Assembly: GCF_009914755.1 (NCBI RefSeq)
Contig: NC_060941.1
Strand: one strand, 5' to 3'
DNA: 64,000 nucleotides
Origin: the human T2T-CHM13v2.0 reference genome, Homo sapiens
Both the position numbers and the translations under genes were made by a program. Position 1 is the first letter of the stretch, and every line of letters begins with the position of its first letter. This document shows positions 53,780 through 64,000 of the stretch, piece after piece. The notes below the pieces were generated by a model that made no database searches, was not told the DNA's origin, and saw only the letters and a program-made list of their open reading frames with translations.

Positions 53780-54660
53780 GCGACGGCTACCCAGGGGCAG
53801 GAGGGAGAGAAGCACAGCCCGTGCCCCGTATGGCTCCCGCCCCCGCGGTCACAACCACCGCCCAGTGAGTGCCTAGAAGGCAGGCGGAGGCCCCGTTCTC
53901 CCCGTTAGGCCCAGCATCACCGCCCGGGGAGACGGGAAAGAGGGCAAGGCCGAAAAATGGACAGAAAAAGAATGCGGACGGCCGGGCCCGCGGCGCTCCG
54001 AGAATCGGAGGCATCCTCAGGCACGGTCCCTCCAGGAGACCGGGAAAGCGGGGCTCTGTCAGCCCCAAAGCCCCGACGGCGGCAGAAGGCTGGCCCGCTG
54101 CGAGCGTCCGGCGGCGCTGGGTCCCCGGCACCTGCCCCTGCCTGGGCGGGAAAGGCGCTCAGTCCGAGCCGCGCCCTCCCCACGCGCGCTCCCAGGCGCC
54201 CCGCGGGCCGCGCCCTCCTGCAGGTGCCGGGCGGGGAACGCGGGCCCCTCCCTCGGACCCCGGCTGCCCGGCCACTCCCCCGCGCCCGGCCCCGCCCGGC
54301 CCTGCAGGGCACCCGCGGCCGCGCGGCGACACCAGGGCGGGGCCCAGCCGCGCCCGCCCCGCCCCGCCCCGTCCCCGCCGCCCGGCGCCGCACCCGCCTC
54401 ACCTCGCCCCGACCCGCCGCCACCGCCTCTTCCAGCTGGGAGGCCCCGCCGGAAGTGACGCCACCGCGGGCTGCACAGGCGCAGGCGCAGCGCGCTCTCA
54501 CGTGACCGCCCGGCTGGCGGAGGGCGGGGGCGGCCGGGATTCCCGTGCGGGGTTGGGGCTCGTGGCGGAAGCTCCGGACCTCCCTGGCCCGAACGGTGAG
54601 CGCCGCCGGCCACTGGGAGCGGCCAGAGCCCAGTAATCAGGACACCACCACAGGGACCAC
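53780..54660 (-). promoter_or_regulatory. MCRIP1: MCRIP1 CpG-island promoter (housekeeping type)
   Basis: CpG island containing ETS/half-CRE CCGGAAGTGACG (54449-54460), NRF1-like GCGCAGGCGCA (54479-54489), USF/CLEAR-like E-box TCACGTGAC (54498-54506) and GC boxes. Confidence 0.85.
54403..54460 (-). other. MCRIP1: MCRIP1 non-coding exon 1 (5' end approximate)
   Basis: Minus-strand donor GAG|gtgag (ctcac at 54398-54402) inside the CpG island, just downstream of promoter motifs. Confidence 0.7.
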
Positions 54661-54696
54661 GTGTGTAGACCCAGGCCCCCTCACCTGGGAGTCACG

Positions 54697-54702
54697 TTTA
54701 TT
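54697..54702 (-). terminator. PPP1R27: PPP1R27 polyadenylation signal
   Basis: TTTATT on + strand = AATAAA on - strand, ~190 nt after the stop. Confidence 0.8.
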
Positions 54703-54893
54703 GAAAAAGTAAAAAGTGTCACAGTAAAAAATTCACCTGGGGACAAAGCCAGGCCTAGGAGGGGTGGCGGGGTCGTGGAGGGACGGGTCCGGCCGCCCCT
54801 GGCCCACGGGTGGGGCACGTGCTGGCCCATGGGCGACGCGCGGCTTCTCCAGGGAGGCGGCCCTGGGCGCGGGGGCGGGCGGGCAAAGCTGGC

Positions 54894-55017
54894 TCAGTCC
54901 ATCGTGGTCCCTTTGAAGAGCTCCACCAGCTCCTTGTAGTCCGGGTCGATGAGGTCGGAGGGCAGGTCGCCATCGTCGTTGGTTGCATCCCTGTCCGCTC
55001 CCAGGGAGATAAGGTAC
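54894..55017 (-). CDS. PPP1R27: PPP1R27 exon 3 coding part
   Basis: RYLISLGADRDATNDDGDLPSDLIDPDYKELVELFKGTTMD TGA. Confidence 0.95.
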
Positions 55018-56118
55018 CTGGGGTGTAAAGGTCGCTCTGGCTGAAGCGGGGAGGAGCCAGGAGAGTGCTCGCCCCAACCCGGGTCAGAGGGCCAGAGTCC
55101 TGGGGTCACCTGTGTGTCCCCCACCTTGGGGTCCTAAGGTCCGGGTAGGGTGAGGAGGAAGAAACCTGACCCTTTGGAAGCTGTGGCCAGCTTTTCAAGT
55201 TGGTTCTATTGAGGACAAAGGCAGAAACAGGATTCCAGAAGCCTCTAGGGTTTGCAGGGTTCTTTTTTTGTTTTTTTTGTTTTTTGAGACAGAATTTCGC
55301 TCTTATCACCCAGGCTGGAGTGCAATGGCATGATCTCGACTCACGGCAACCTCCACTTCCCGGGTTCAAGTGATTCTCCTGCCTCAGCCTTGAGTAGCTG
55401 GGATTACAGGCGCGCGCCACCACGCGTGGCTAATTTTGTATTTTTAGTAGTGAGAGGGTTCTTGTCACGAACTCCTGACCTCAGGTGATCCGCCCACCTC
55501 GGCCTCCCAAAGTGCTGGGATTACAGGCGCAGGCGTGAGCCACCGCCCCCAGCCTCTAGGGTTCTTGCCGACACCACCCGGGCTACATTTTGGGGCTCCC
55601 ATCCTGGGGACCCACTGAGGCCCGGAGGGGTCGGGTTCAAGCCTGTGTAGACCCAGGGCCCCCTCACCTGGCTATGTCAGGGTACCCATCGCTGCAGGCA
55701 ATGTGCAGGGGTGTCCAGCCCGCCTCATCTCGCTGGTGAATGTCAGCCCCGTATTTGACCAGCAGCTTCACGCATTCCAGGTTTCCAGAGAGCACGGCTT
55801 CATGCAAGGCGGCCAGGCCTGGGCAGGGAGGACGGGAGGGGTCAAGACTGAGCCCCAGGTCAGGTCCTCCTTGCTGGCCTCTCCCACCACCCCACAGGCC
55901 CTGGCCAGCTCTTCCAGGCTTTGCTCACCTGAGGGGTGGATGGTGGCCAGGGAGACTTTCCGAGTCCGGATGAAGCGCCCCACCTGCTCCAGGTCACCCT
56001 GCCGGATGTGGTCCAAGAACAGGACATCATTAGGGAAACGCACGCTGCGATCAGCCAGCATCCGCCGCCGCCGCTGCCGTGGGCTGTAGCGGGCATAGCG
56101 GGCAGTTCTGCTAGGCAT
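54894..56118 (-). CDS. PPP1R27: Protein phosphatase 1 regulatory subunit 27 (DYSFIP1), 154 aa, RVxF motif + ankyrin repeats
   Basis: Exons 56118-55929, 55818-55668, 55017-54894 total 465 nt. Translation MPSRTARYARYSPRQRRRRMLADRSVRFPNDVLF...GLAALHEAVLSGNLECVKLLVKYGADIHQRDEAGWTPLHIACSDG...FKGTTMD*. Confidence 0.97.
55262..55555 (-). mobile_element. AluS in PPP1R27 intron 2
   Basis: Alu dimer with an internal deletion; flanked by AGGGTTCTT. Confidence 0.88.
55668..55818 (-). CDS. PPP1R27: PPP1R27 exon 2
   Basis: Ankyrin repeats; cccag acceptor, AG|gtgag donor. Confidence 0.95.
55929..56118 (-). CDS. PPP1R27: PPP1R27 exon 1 coding part
   Basis: Contains the RSVRF PP1-docking motif; donor G|gtgag. 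Confidence 0.95.
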
Positions 56119-56238
56119 CTTGGGCGCTGTGGGGCAGGTTGCCCCTGGGGACCCTACTGCACTGGGGTTAATAATGTATCCGGTCCCGACCAGATCAGCT
56201 TGAGGGCTCCTGTCGGACGAGCCCCGGCCTCTGACTTG

Positions 56239-56267
56239 CTTATATAGGGCTCAGGGGCTATATAAAG
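56239..56267 (-). promoter_or_regulatory. PPP1R27: PPP1R27 TATA box plus MEF2-like AT-rich element
   Basis: Minus-strand CCTATATAAG (56248-56239) ~120 nt upstream of the ATG; CTATATAAAG (56258-56267) is one mismatch from the MEF2 consensus; E-box CAGCTG at ~56422. Confidence 0.65.
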
Positions 56268-56716
56268 CTGCACGGTCATCCTCCCCGGCGCGAGGGGCTG
56301 AAACTGAGCTGCACCCCCGCCCCGCACCCCAGATCATGTTTAGTGACTCATCTTTCAGCCCATCTGTCACCGTGCCCGGCCAAAGGGGTCAGATCATTCC
56401 TGCCTGTCGCTCCCTGCCCCACAGCTGGACCTAGAAGGTGCCTTACCGAGGGCAGGAGGAGGCACCGGTGCAGAACCCATGAGATAGCTAGGAACGCGAG
56501 ATCAAGGGCACAGTAGGTACCAAGGTCATTGGAAGGGCTTTTGCTCTCTACCTCCTGGAAAGTGAGGGGCGGCCACCCCCTCCACATCTGCAGAAGCACA
56601 GGTCCACCGTGCTGTGGTGAAACAGGCCTTAGCCCCTCCATCTCCCTACCTGTCAGTTTTCACCTTCCAGCGTGGCTTGCCTCACTCTCAGTGGTTTTCC
56701 CAAAACTACTCTGATG

Positions 56717-57610
<894 letters not shown>

Positions 57611-57829
57611 AAGGGAATTTTTAAAACTCGTGTTCCAACAGGCTCTTCATTGCTGGCTGCCTTTACTTTTGCAACAGCCCCAGTGGAGGTCCAAAGTAGG
57701 GCTTGGACTACAGGACATGAGCAAGTGGATGGGATGGGACACAGACACAGAGTTGACCAGGGAGGTCTTTGTTGTCAGGGACAGCGATCGATTGTGCTAG
57801 GAGCACTGCAGCACTTGAAGCTGGATGGA

Positions 57830-59166
<1,337 letters not shown>

Positions 59167-59366
59167 GCTGGTAAAACCCTGCAGGTGGTCACTAAAGGCC
59201 TGAATGAGGACAGAACCAAGACTGGCCAGCAGCTCTTTGCAGGGGCAGAGGAGAGCTGGGCCACCAACAGCCTCGCATCATTAGGCTGATCTGCATCCAA
59301 CGAAATCAAATCAGCAAACATATTAGACACCTCTAGGTGCAAAGCCTTGGCCAAATGCTATGGGAG

Positions 59367-63897
<4,531 letters not shown>

Positions 63898-64000
63898 CTG
63901 CCCTTTATCGTGTGAAGGGTTAGTGATAAGCAGGGCCCCCTGTTCCTCTCACCCATCCTTGAAGCCTGAGTCCACCTGATTTCTCGTCACTCCACGGCGG

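Noticed and set aside
53869-54636. 180-255-aa ORFs over the MCRIP1 promoter
   Set aside because: CpG-island artefacts with no domain content.
63900-64000. Expected P4HB 3' end (next gene from memory of the locus)
   Set aside because: No P4HB coding sequence or clear poly(A) signal is visible in the window; it probably lies just beyond the end.

Overview
Human genomic DNA (GC-rich, Alu-dense), recognisable as the 17q25.3 GCGR locus. It contains three complete spliced protein-coding genes, whose exon chains I reconstructed from GT-AG boundaries and reading-frame continuity. GCGR (glucagon receptor) is on the + strand: non-coding exon 1 in a CpG island at ~25.3 kb and 13 coding exons at 30184-34854, 477 aa. 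MCRIP1/FAM195B is on the - strand, 97 aa. PPP1R27/DYSFIP1 is on the - strand, 154 aa, and ends only ~200 bp upstream of the MCRIP1 promoter. The rest is ~50 Alus or Alu fragments, a full-length SVA, MaLR/ERV1 LTRs, old L1/MIR fragments and many minisatellites. Nearly all ORFs in the supplied track are Alu, repeat, antisense or GC-rich artefacts. The strongest unusual observations are four. (1) The SVA splits an Alu, has a 16-bp TSD and carries a 245-bp 5' transduction that apparently still holds its source element's endonuclease site and TSD. (2) A near-exact 27-bp copy of the PPP1R27 exon-2 splice donor lies just after the PPP1R27 poly(A) signal and points into MCRIP1. (3) GCGR intron 2 is a CCTG/TCTG tract with a 656-nt AG-free zone and no adenine in the normal branch-point window. 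(4) A MIR-derived 38-bp VNTR multimerises MRE, XRE and GATA motifs. I found no evidence of a new protein-coding gene or multi-gene system; repeat subfamily names are from recognition, not from a database search.
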